Source of the DNA: an uncultured Acidobacteriota bacterium | Lineage (GTDB): Bacteria; Acidobacteriota; Thermoanaerobaculia; Multivoradales; UBA5704 | Direction of reading: 5' to 3' | Assembly: GCA_963732005.1 (NCBI GenBank) | Contig: CAVSXT010000003.1 | Span: 330,130 to 394,129, forward strand | Length of the DNA stretch: 64,000 nucleotides | Part shown: positions 1-9,300 of the stretch, piece by piece | Layout of the letters: each line of letters starts with the position of its first letter | Position numbering within the stretch: the stretch's first letter is position 1 | The notes under the pieces: generated by a model | Told to the model about the DNA's origin: nothing | Databases searched by the model: none | The model's input: the letters and a program-made list of their open reading frames with translations, nothing else | Position numbers and translations under genes: made by a program

Positions 1-3000
1 AGTCGCTGGCCATCCCGGGGTCGCCGCTGGCGCTCGACTACAGCAGCGATCGCGTGCCCGGGCGCACCGCTCCCTACCTGCTCACCATCCCGCTCACCGA
101 CGCGCTGGTGCCGCCCGACCTCGAGCGAGTGGACCTCGAGATCGACATTGCCGGCCAGCAGGTGCTGCAGAGCTTCCCCGCGGCCGCGGCGCAGACCACC
201 ACCTTCCAGTGGAACGGGCTGGATGCCTATGGCACCCCGGTGCAGGGCGCCACGCGCTGGACGGTGAAGCTCGGCTACGTCTACACCGGCCAATACCAGA
301 TCCCGAGCGCCGGCAACCCTGCTTTCGGACTGACCGGCGGCACGAGCATCCAGGGCAGCGCGACGCGCGCCGAGGTCACGGTCACCCGCCAGAGCTCTGG
401 CCAGATAGGCGGCCTCGACGCGCGCGCCGCCTGCGGCCTGGGCGGCTGGAGCCTGAGCGCTCACCACTACTTCAACCCGGTCGACCAGACGCTCTACTAC
501 GGCAGCGGCGGCCGTAGGAGCTTCGGCTCCGCGGCGTCATCGCCACAGGTGCTGACGCTGGTCGCCGGGACAGGCAGCGCCGGGCTGGGCGGCGACGGCG
601 GGCCGGCGCGCAATGCGCAGCTCTCTTTCCCGGAAGGGCTCGCGGTGATGAGCGACGGCAGCCTGCTGATCGCCGACACGCTCAATTGCCGCATCCGCAA
701 GGTCGATCCGCTAGGCCAGATCACCACCGTCGCCGGCACCTCCTGCCCCGACCCGACGCAAGCCGCCGGGAGCATCGGCGATCAGGGCGCGGCGAGCGCG
801 GCGGTGCTGGCGTCGCCAACCAAGGCCATCGAGGGACCGGACGGCAGCATCTACATCGCGGACGTCGGCCATGCGCGCATCCGCAAGGTGGACGCGAACG
901 GCATCTCGACCGTCGCCGGCAGCGGTCAATCGGGATGCGGCGGTGACGGCGGGCCGGCGGGCGCGGCCCAGCTGTCGCAGCCCGTGGACATCGCCTTCGA
1001 TCGCGACGGCAACCTGCTGATCGCCGACACCGGCGGCCTCGACCAGGGCTGCATGGGCATTCGTCTGATGAGCCCGCAGGGTTCCATCCGCACCCTGGCC
1101 ACGGGCGCGGCGCCGCCGTTCGATCCGACCGATCCCATCAACACCACGGTCATCTTCCCGCAAGGAGTGGCGGCCGGAGTGGACGGCAGCGTCTACTTCT
1201 CGCAGTTCCAGTCGGTGCGGCGCATCCCGCCGGACCACACTCTCGATCCCAACCGCTGGACGCTCGCCGGCGTCAACAACATTGCGCCGTTCATCGGCTT
1301 CGCCGGCGACGGCATGCCCGCCGCCGTCCATGGCACGACGCTCTTCAACCAACCGTTCCACCTCGCGGTGGACCGCGACCACAATGTCTATGTGGCCGAC
1401 ACCGGCAACGGCCGCATCCGGCGCATCAGCAACACCAACGTCGTCGACACCGTCGCCGGCGGCGGGCCTTCCCTGCCGGTGGGCGATGGTTTGGCGGCGA
1501 CCGACGCCGCGCTGCTCTGGCCAACCGGCGTCGCGGTCGATCCCACCGGCCAGACGCTCTACCTCACCGACACCTACCGCAACCAGGTCTGGAAGCTGAC
1601 GCTGCCGCCGGCTTTCGGCGACAGCACCTTCGCCGTCGCCTCGGAAGACGGCGGCGAGCTCTATGTTTTCGACGCCGCCGGGCACCACCTGCGCACCGAG
1701 AATGCGATCACCGAGCAGACACTCCTGACCTTCAACTACACGGCTTACAACCTGCCTGGCAGCGGCAGCGGCCAGCAGCAGCTGCTGACCGGGATCCAGG
1801 ACGCCTTCGGCAACCTCACGACGATCGAGCGGGCGGCCGACGGCACGCCGCTGGCGATCGATTCTCCCTTCGGCCAGCGGGCGCCGCTCGCTTTGGATCA
1901 GAACGGTTATCTCGCGAGCTTCGTGCGCGCCGCGCCGCCGGCCCAGCCGAACACCGAAGCGGTCAACCTCACCACCAGCGCGAGCGGCCTGCTCACGACT
2001 CTGAAGGACCCGAAGGGCGCGATCTACACCTTCGCCTACGACGCTCAGGGTCGGCTCAGCCGGGTGCAGGACCCCGCCCAGGGCTCGCTGGCGTTGCAGT
2101 TCCAGGCCATCGCCGGCGGCGGCTACAGCGTGGCGCTCAGCAGCGCCATGAGCCGCGACAGCAAGGTGCAGGTGACGTTCCCAGCCACCGGCGGCATCCA
2201 GAAGACGGCGACCGACACGGCCGGGCTGGTGACGACGGGAGTCCTGAAGCCGAACGGGAGCGTCACCATCACCAGCCCCGACCAGACCCTGGTCGAGATC
2301 GACAAGACCTCCGATCCGCGGCTCGGCGCGCAGTCGCCCTACGTCAAGACGGTGACGGTCACGACGCCGGTCAACCGCCTGGTCTACAGCGCCACGTCCA
2401 ATCGCACCACGGGGGTGAGCGCGACGGACCCGCTCGGCCTGCTGTCGCAGACCGACACCGTGACCGTCAACGACCGCACCGCGACCACGACCTATGACGC
2501 GGCGCAGCAGCAGGTGACCACCACCAGCCCCGAAGGACGCCAGAGCGTCGGCACCTACGATGCCTTCGGCCGCCTGCAGCAGAGCCAGGTGCCGGGATTC
2601 CAGCCGATCAACTATGCCTATGACGCCAAGGGTCGCTTGCAGACCGTCACCCAGGGCACGGGCAGCGAGCTGCGCACCCTGACCTACGCCTACAACCCCC
2701 AGGGCTTCCTCGACTCGATCACCGATCCGTTGCAGCACGTGACCCACTTCCAGTACGACGCCGTGGGCCGGGTCACCAAGACCACCCTCGCCGACCAGCG
2801 GTTGATCCAGGCGGCCTACGACCTCGACGGCAACCTGACGGCGCTGACGCCGCCCTCGCGGCCGGAGCACGACTTCAGCTTCGATCAGGTCAGCGAGCTG
2901 CTCGCCTACACGCCGCCTCCCGCGGTGCCGGGCAATCCGGCGACCACCTACGCCTACAACGCCGACCACCAGCTGGTGACCATCAACCGGCCCGACGGCC

Positions 3001-4928
3001 AGGCCGTGACCTTCAACTACGACAGCGCTCCCTCGACCCTGGGCTCCAGCTGCTCGCCGAGCTGTGCGTCGGGCCGGCTGCTGAGCGTGTCGCTGCCGGA
3101 GGGCACGCTGGCGCTGGCCTACGACCAGCTCACCGGCAAGCTCGCCAGCCTCACGGCCCCCGACGGCCAGACCCTGAGCTACAAGTACGACGGCCCGCTC
3201 ACCACGGAGATCACGGCAAAGGGGCCGGCTCCCGGCGTGATCGACCTGCAATACGACTCCAACTTCTGGGTCACGAAGCGCACGCTCGACGGCGACGGCG
3301 GCGGTGCGGTCCAGTTCCAATACGACCGCGACGGCCTGATCACCAAGGCGGCCGACACCCAGGTCTACCGCGATCCCCAAAACGGCATGCTGGTGGGCGC
3401 CCAGCTCTTCGACGTGGGCGAGGTGATCACGCGCAGCGATCTCGGAGAGCTGCAGCATTACGAGGCGGGATATTCCGGCGGCTGCTCGGGCAGCGCGCCG
3501 ACCGCGGGCTGCGACAAGGTCCTGGTCGACGACTACCAGCGCGACCACCTCGGCCGGATCACGCAGAAGATCGAGACCACCCTCGACGCGCTCGACGCGA
3601 GCCCGGTCACCCACACCTACGCCTACACCTACGATCTCACCGGGCGCCTCACCGCCGTGCAGCTCGACGGGGCCGCCTGGGAGAGCTACGCCTACGACGG
3701 CAACGGCAACCGCACCTCCTGGACCGACGTGACCGGAGCGGGCGTCGCGACCTACGACAGCCAGGACCGTCTCCTCGCCTACGGCAACGAGACCTACACC
3801 TACACCGCCAACGGCGAGTTGCAGACCAAGTCCCAGAATGGCCAGACCAACGCCTACGCCTACGACGTCCTGGGCAACCTGCGGCACGTGGTTCTCGCCA
3901 GCGGCGTCACGATCGACTACTTCGTCGACGGTTTGAATCGCCGCATCGGCAAGCAGGTCAACGGCACCCTGAGCCAGGGCTTCCTGTACCAGAGCGGCAT
4001 CGCGCCGCTGGCCCAGCTCGACGGTGCCGGCAACGTCGTCTCCCTCTTCACCTACGCCAGCGGCCGGCGGGTCCCCGAGGAGATGGTCCAGGGAGGGGTC
4101 GCCTACCGCCTGATCACCGACCACCTGGAGAGTGTGCGCGCGGTGGTCAACGCCCAGACCGGCGAGATCGTCCAGCGCCTGGACTACGACGCCTTCGGCC
4201 GGGTGATTCTCGACACCAACCCGGGCTTCCAGCCCTTCGGCTACGCCGGCGGCCTCTACGACTACCAGACCGGCCTGGTCCGTTTCGGCGCCCGCGACTA
4301 CGACGCCGAGAGCGGAAGGTGGACGAGCAAGGATCCGATTCTGTTTGGAGGAAGGAACTCAAATCTCTATGGGTATGTGGTGAACAATCCTGTCAACAAC
4401 GTCGATCCAGCCGGTCGCTGTAGTGATCCCGGCGGTCCTGGTCTGCGATACTGTATCGCTACGTTCATCCCCCAAGCGACCGTGATGGGGTTCGGAGGCG
4501 ACAACCGCGGCCCCGACCCGGCCAGCGGGCGTTTTAGGACGGAACAGCTAATCTACCAAACGGCGGATGGGGTCACCGAGACCCAGCATGACGTCGGCGT
4601 TTCAACTTTTGGGGGACTTGCCCGCGGTGCTGTGGATCTGGGGTTTTCGGCTTCTGAGGGGTTGCTGTTTGATTCGCGGATATTCGTCGTCTCTGGTGCA
4701 GCCAGCGATGGCCTTCTCTATGGCTTCGCCCCCCCCCTGCAGTACAATATCGCGATTCTTGAAAAGCCAAATGGAAATGCAGTAGTCTCCGGTTTGGCCA
4801 CAGCGTTTCCCTCGCTTGAAATCTGGCAATATGGAGGCGCGAATGGTCCTCAATTGGTCTACTTCTACGACGCCGCGAAGGCCGGTACCGGCCCTACCGA
4901 TATCTTGAACACGGCCGCCATTCCATGA
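1..4928 (+). CDS. RHS/YD-repeat polymorphic toxin with N-terminal NHL repeats (teneurin-like). 5'-partial: the reading frame is open to the window edge. A variable C-terminal toxin domain follows the RHS core motif DPxGR.
   Basis: Frame is open upstream of the GTG at position 54. There are repeated NHL-type blocks (e.g. DGSLLIADTLNCRIRKVD, DGNLLIADTGG, DHNVYVADTGNGRIRRI) and many YD repeats (YAYDAxGRL, YQYDAVGRV, TYDAFGRL). The RHS-core ending is YDAESGRWTSKDPILFGG...NPVNNVDPAGR, followed by about 190 aa of unrelated sequence in a lower-GC stretch. Confidence 0.9.
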   Translation, partial: SLAIPGSPLALDYSSDRVPGRTAPYLLTIPLTDALVPPDLERVDLEIDIAGQQVLQSFPAAAAQTTTFQWNGLDAYGTPVQGATRWTVKLGYVYTGQYQIPSAGNPAFGLTGGTSIQGSATRAEVTVTRQSSGQIGGLDARAACGLGGWSLSAHHYFNPVDQTLYYGSGGRRSFGSAASSPQVLTLVAGTGSAGLGGDGGPARNAQLSFPEGLAVMSDGSLLIADTLNCRIRKVDPLGQITTVAGTSCPDPTQAAGSIGDQGAASAAVLASPTKAIEGPDGSIYIADVGHARIRKVDANGISTVAGSGQSGCGGDGGPAGAAQLSQPVDIAFDRDGNLLIADTGGLDQGCMGIRLMSPQGSIRTLATGAAPPFDPTDPINTTVIFPQGVAAGVDGSVYFSQFQSVRRIPPDHTLDPNRWTLAGVNNIAPFIGFAGDGMPAAVHGTTLFNQPFHLAVDRDHNVYVADTGNGRIRRISNTNVVDTVAGGGPSLPVGDGLAATDAALLWPTGVAVDPTGQTLYLTDTYRNQVWKLTLPPAFGDSTFAVASEDGGELYVFDAAGHHLRTENAITEQTLLTFNYTAYNLPGSGSGQQQLLTGIQDAFGNLTTIERAADGTPLAIDSPFGQRAPLALDQNGYLASFVRAAPPAQPNTEAVNLTTSASGLLTTLKDPKGAIYTFAYDAQGRLSRVQDPAQGSLALQFQAIAGGGYSVALSSAMSRDSKVQVTFPATGGIQKTATDTAGLVTTGVLKPNGSVTITSPDQTLVEIDKTSDPRLGAQSPYVKTVTVTTPVNRLVYSATSNRTTGVSATDPLGLLSQTDTVTVNDRTATTTYDAAQQQVTTTSPEGRQSVGTYDAFGRLQQSQVPGFQPINYAYDAKGRLQTVTQGTGSELRTLTYAYNPQGFLDSITDPLQHVTHFQYDAVGRVTKTTLADQRLIQAAYDLDGNLTALTPPSRPEHDFSFDQVSELLAYTPPPAVPGNPATTYAYNADHQLVTINRPDGQAVTFNYDSAPSTLGSSCSPSCASGRLLSVSLPEGTLALAYDQLTGKLASLTAPDGQTLSYKYDGPLTTEITAKGPAPGVIDLQYDSNFWVTKRTLDGDGGGAVQFQYDRDGLITKAADTQVYRDPQNGMLVGAQLFDVGEVITRSDLGELQHYEAGYSGGCSGSAPTAGCDKVLVDDYQRDHLGRITQKIETTLDALDASPVTHTYAYTYDLTGRLTAVQLDGAAWESYAYDGNGNRTSWTDVTGAGVATYDSQDRLLAYGNETYTYTANGELQTKSQNGQTNAYAYDVLGNLRHVVLASGVTIDYFVDGLNRRIGKQVNGTLSQGFLYQSGIAPLAQLDGAGNVVSLFTYASGRRVPEEMVQGGVAYRLITDHLESVRAVVNAQTGEIVQRLDYDAFGRVILDTNPGFQPFGYAGGLYDYQTGLVRFGARDYDAESGRWTSKDPILFGGRNSNLYGYVVNNPVNNVDPAGRCSDPGGPGLRYCIATFIPQATVMGFGGDNRGPDPASGRFRTEQLIYQTADGVTETQHDVGVSTFGGLARGAVDLGFSASEGLLFDSRIFVVSGAASDGLLYGFAPPLQYNIAILEKPNGNAVVSGLATAFPSLEIWQYGGANGPQLVYFYDAAKAGTGPTDILNTAAIP

Positions 4929-5479
4929 CCCAGCCTCCCGCCATGCAAAGAGTCATTGGAGCGCCCGGATTCAGCTCCAGTCGCCGCCTAAGCCGAGACC
5001 TCGCGCTGCTTTTTCTCTGCCCTACAGTGGCCATATTGTTATGCATCGCGGTGCTGGGTTTCCTGGGAGAGGTAGGAAGGCCACTCCGCTTTGACATACC
5101 TCACGGTTTCCGCGGCTGGATTGTGATCCAGTATCTTGATCCGAGGTGCCAAGAGCTTTCCACAAGCGGCATTTTTGTCGTGGTCTCCATCTCGCAATCC
5201 GGTTGCAGCTGCACAAGCAGTGAGATGCCCCTTGGCTGGCGATATGTCCGATACAACTACGTCCGCAAAGACGGCGTGCGCCTGAGCCTTCCGGCCGGGA
5301 ATAGAGGGCTCGAGACGGCGGCTTTGTTTTCAGCCTATGACTATGATCGGGGAAGGGAGTTGCTGTTCGTCGGCACTGAGATGGAGTTCGAGATAATTCC
5401 ACGACCAGCTGCGTGGCTACCAAACTACGTCGGACGGCCATCGTCATGCGAGCCGGTTCGCCCGTTGCGCCCGCGTTAA
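4925..5479 (+). CDS. Putative cognate immunity protein of the RHS C-terminal toxin; small membrane-anchored protein.
   Basis: The ORF starts in an ATGA overlap with the RHS stop. One predicted TM helix (ALLFLCPTVAILLCIAVLGFLG). Lower GC, matching the toxin C-terminal domain. Its position is the canonical immunity slot. Confidence 0.5.
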   Translation: MTQPPAMQRVIGAPGFSSSRRLSRDLALLFLCPTVAILLCIAVLGFLGEVGRPLRFDIPHGFRGWIVIQYLDPRCQELSTSGIFVVVSISQSGCSCTSSEMPLGWRYVRYNYVRKDGVRLSLPAGNRGLETAALFSAYDYDRGRELLFVGTEMEFEIIPRPAAWLPNYVGRPSSCEPVRPLRPR

Positions 5480-5570
5480 ACACCAGTTGGAGAGAGGGCC
5501 GGGGTGCGCAAGGCAGCGACCCTCTACGCCGGTCACCGTCGTGCCCGCCGGGCGGCGCTCGTCGCCCTTA

Positions 5571-6338
5571 TTAACTCGACGGCCCCGGCGGGGTTGCCGG
5601 GGGCGGCTGGGTCTTCAGGCCCTTGGCCGTGGTCTCCCAGCGGATCGAGGCGAAGGCGAAGACGCCGGTGACGACCAGGTGGAATTTGCTGCTCTCGCCC
5701 GGCGGCAGGGGCAGGGTGACGACCGCGGCCGGGTAGCGGCCGATCAGGCCGCCGTTGTCGTCGAAGAGGTCGGCCACCACACCCACCTCGGTGAGGTAGC
5801 TCTGGGAGGTGTTGCGCACGGTGCCGGTGATCTCGGCGCCGTCCGCCTTGCTCTCGTTGGCGGGCACCCGGTCCCAGGTCACCACCTCGACGGAGCTCGG
5901 CACGTCCTTGGCAGGAGGAGCGTCCTTGCCCCCCTTCTTGGTGTCCGCGGGATTGGCGGCGGCACCGCCGGCGGCGCCGGGCTCGGCGGCGCTGTCCGGC
6001 AGCGGCGTCTTCTTGAAGTCCTTGTCGGTCAAAATGATGACCGCCTTGCGCTTGGCCTTTGGCTGCTCCGGCGGGGGCGGCGGCGCCGCGGCATCCTGCT
6101 TGGCCTTCTCGGTCGCCAATTTGCTGGCGTCGAAGTCCACCCGATCGGCGCGCATCGAGGAGAGGTTACCGTTGGGTAAAGTGAAGACCACCAGCTTGCC
6201 CTTGAGCTGCCAGGCACCCTTGATCTCGAAGCGGTCACCCTGGCGGGTGACGACCCAGTCGGCCTGCAGAGCTGCGGGGACCGTGGCGGCGACAGCGGCG
6301 GCGAACATCGCCGCCAGGACCCGGGCTCGTGTCGTCAT
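5571..6338 (-). CDS. Secreted protein with a Pro/Lys-rich linker and a C-terminal domain with a possible FxLYD-like motif (VADLFDDNGGLIG). Last gene of the pilus operon.
   Basis: N-terminal signal peptide MTTRARVLAAMFAAAVAATVPAALQA. It lies directly downstream of pilY1 on the same strand. Confidence 0.5.
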   Translation of the reverse strand: MTTRARVLAAMFAAAVAATVPAALQADWVVTRQGDRFEIKGAWQLKGKLVVFTLPNGNLSSMRADRVDFDASKLATEKAKQDAAAPPPPPEQPKAKRKAVIILTDKDFKKTPLPDSAAEPGAAGGAAANPADTKKGGKDAPPAKDVPSSVEVVTWDRVPANESKADGAEITGTVRNTSQSYLTEVGVVADLFDDNGGLIGRYPAAVVTLPLPPGESSKFHLVVTGVFAFASIRWETTAKGLKTQPPPATPPGPSS

Positions 6339-6377
6339 GGTGATCCTGACCTCTCTAAAAGTCTCGCGTGCGAGACA

Positions 6378-9300
6378 CTAGAACTCCTTCCAGTTCTTCT
6401 CGATTATACACGCCGGCACGGCCGCCGCCGGGTAGGTGGAGTTGAAGGTGTCGGTCACCGTGATGTTGATCCGCTTGGTGGAGTAGCGGCAGTTCGCCGG
6501 CATCAGGGCCATGATCTGCTTCATCACGTCCTGGATCGCCGCGGACAGCGCCCCCTCCGCCGGCGGGTTGGGGTTCGCCTTGGTGGCGATGATCGGCGTC
6601 GACTCGCTGGTGTTGACGTTGAGCCCTAGGTCCTTGGCCAGCACGAAGTAGCGGTTGGTGGTGCCGGTCGGCGTGCCGGTGCCTTCCGAGCCGGTCTGCT
6701 GGCTGATGGCGTCGCCGTTGTTGATGTTGAGCACGAAGACGTGGGTGTCGCCGCTGTTGGCGCAGACGGTGGTGCCGTTGGTGACCGAGGTGAGCGGCTT
6801 CGGCACGTAGGTGGAGAAGATCATCACGCCGGTGAGGGTGAAGGCCTCGTTGAGCACCCGCTCGCCGGCGCCGAGCTCGAAGTAGTAGCCGGGCAGCAGG
6901 CCGCCGGGTGGGCTGAGCAGGAAGTTGCTGTTGGGGTTGAGCGTGCCGTCAGGCGTCAGCTGTTGCAGGTTGGCGGCGGTGTGCGGCGTCGGCGTGTTGG
7001 CCGCGGTGAAGCCGGTGTCGATCAGCACGAAGAAGCGGCCGGTGGTGAGGTCGCTCTTCCACAGGTCGAAGCGGTTGCCGGTGCCCCAGGCCAGGCCGTA
7101 CTGATTCCGGTCGGTGTCGAAGAAAACCGCCGGCGGATAGAACATCTGGCGGCCCTGGGTGTCGAAGATCTCGAACGGCTGCCAGAAGGTGCTCGTCACC
7201 CGGTTGTTGGCGCCGCTGAGGGGCGCAGGCTGCGAGAGATCGACCTTGTAGAGGTGACCGGCTGTGGTGCCGACATAGATGGTGTCGATGTAGCCGTCCT
7301 GGCCGGTGTCGACGGCCGCCGGCTCGCTGGGCACCGAGCCGTTGAGCTGCCGCTTGTAGATGATCTTGCCGGTGGCCATGTTGAGCATGTAGAGCCAGTT
7401 GCCCTGGCTGTTGGCGGCGCCGGGATCCATGCCGCCGCCGAACACCGCCACCCACTGCTCGTGGAAGGTGGAGCAGGCCGAAGTGTCGCAGATCCGGACG
7501 CGGCCGGTGTTGGGCAGCGACCAGGTCTCGCCGAGGTCGGGCTGGCCCGAGAGGTCCTCGTCGTTGGGCTTGAGCGCGCAGTTGCTGACGCAGGCCGGCG
7601 CCACCTGGATGCTGTCGGTGAACTCCCAGAGCGGCGTCGGATAGGGCAGCTGGCCGCAGCCGGCGCCGCCGTTGATGCAGCTCGGCAGGTAGTTGGCCGC
7701 GTTGGGGTTGGGCAGCTGGATCGCCGGCGTCGAGGTGACGTTGGGAGTCTCGAAGTTGCTCTGCAAGATGTCGGGCTGGGTGACGTCCAGCGCGTAATAG
7801 CCATGCCCGCCCTCGCGCAAGCCGCCGATGACCAGGCTGTGCCACACGCACGTCGCCGGCACCGGAGTCTGCGAGCACGATGACGCGGCGCCGGTGGCGT
7901 CGAAAAAGCCCTCGGCCAGGTTCGGCGGACCGTCCACCATGAAGGTCTGCGCCCCGCCGTTGGTCGGCGGCGCGGCGGCGGCGCCGAGCGCGGCGAGCGT
8001 CGGCATCACGGTGCGCGGGACGAAGGCAAAGAGCTCGTTGCCGGTGCCGTTGGTGAAGGTCCAGGCGGACAGGCCCGCCACCGTGCCCAGCGTCACCGTA
8101 CCGACGTCGAGGGCGTGTACCTCGCCGTCGTCGCTGCCGAAGTAGAGCACCTTGCGCCGGAAGCGCTCGGTGGCGGCGAAGGTCTGATAACCGTCGACAT
8201 TGCCCTCGAACAGGGTGGTGTTGGCGGGCTGCCCCAGCACCTGGGGGTTGGAGTGGAAGATGTCGCCCAGCACGTACTGGACCGGCTGGTTGGTGGTCGG
8301 ATCGAGATAGCTCTTGATGGCCGCTGCGAAGTTGACCGCCTGCTGTGCAGTGGTGTATGCGGTCACCGGGGGAGCAGGTGTGGCGGTTTGACCGCTGGGG
8401 CAGGGGTTACCATAGTTCACGGTGGGGGCGGTGCAGGTCGAGCCGGTCCCCGAGGCGTTCTCTGTGCAGGTCGCGGAGCTCGGCGGATAGTAGCTGTAGC
8501 CCGGACCGCAGATGCCGAGGCCGCTCTCGAGGTCGTAGAGGTGCCCGGTGTCGGTCACCAGCGGCACCTGCAGGGACAGCCGCAGCTCGCCCGGCACGAC
8601 GGGGGTGAACGGGGCGTAGTAGATGCGCCGCTTGGTTGGATCGTTGCCGGCGGTGTCGAGCCCCTTCAGGGCCTGGGCAAGCACCGTGTCGCCGGTGGAC
8701 GGCCCGCCGACGAGCTGTCCGCCGCCGGCGTTCCAGAGGTGGCAGCCCTGCTGGCCGGGCGTGGTGCAATCCGCCGATGGCCGGGTGTCGGGGACGACTG
8801 CCGTGCCCGGAGTGCCGTCCGGCAGGACGACGTTGATCTTCTGGGTCGGCACCGGATCGGAGAAAGCGTCGACCCGGCCGGGCCAGATCGGCAGGTTGAG
8901 CGGCAGGAAGCTGGTGATCAGCTCCTTGTTCTGGACGTTCGACTGGATCGACGGCACCGCCGCCGAGGCGAAGGCGGTGGCCTGCGACGAGATCAGGTTG
9001 AGGACCGACTGCAGGTCGGCGAGGATCTGCTGCTTGCTCTGCGGCAGGAAGGGGCCCGGGCCGTCGCAGGGATTGAGCGGCGCGCAGTTGCCGTAGCCGA
9101 AGTCCGCGGCGGAGCAGCAGAAGTTGGCCGGCGGCGTGGCGCAGTCCGCCTCCGGCGAGCACTCGCCGGCCAGGAAGGCGGCGTGATTGCAGCAGTAGGT
9201 GAACGACGGCGGATCGCTGGCCGGGAAGCCCGCCGGCTGGCCGGCGACGGTGTTCTTGATGCCGTTGAAGAAGTGCCGGTTGCCGGTGCCGCCCTCGTCG

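Noticed and set aside
711-4124. A 1137-aa minus-strand ORF, and many other long ORFs, lie antisense to real genes (e.g. 8115..10334 +, 16989..19055 +, 17872..18729 -, 23185..24762 -, 26750..28522 upstream part, 57043..59142 -, 60675..62216 +).
   Set aside because: At about 70% GC, stop codons are rare on all frames. These ORFs have Arg/Ala/Gly/Pro-dominated low-complexity translations and no motifs. They overlap well-supported genes on the opposite strand.
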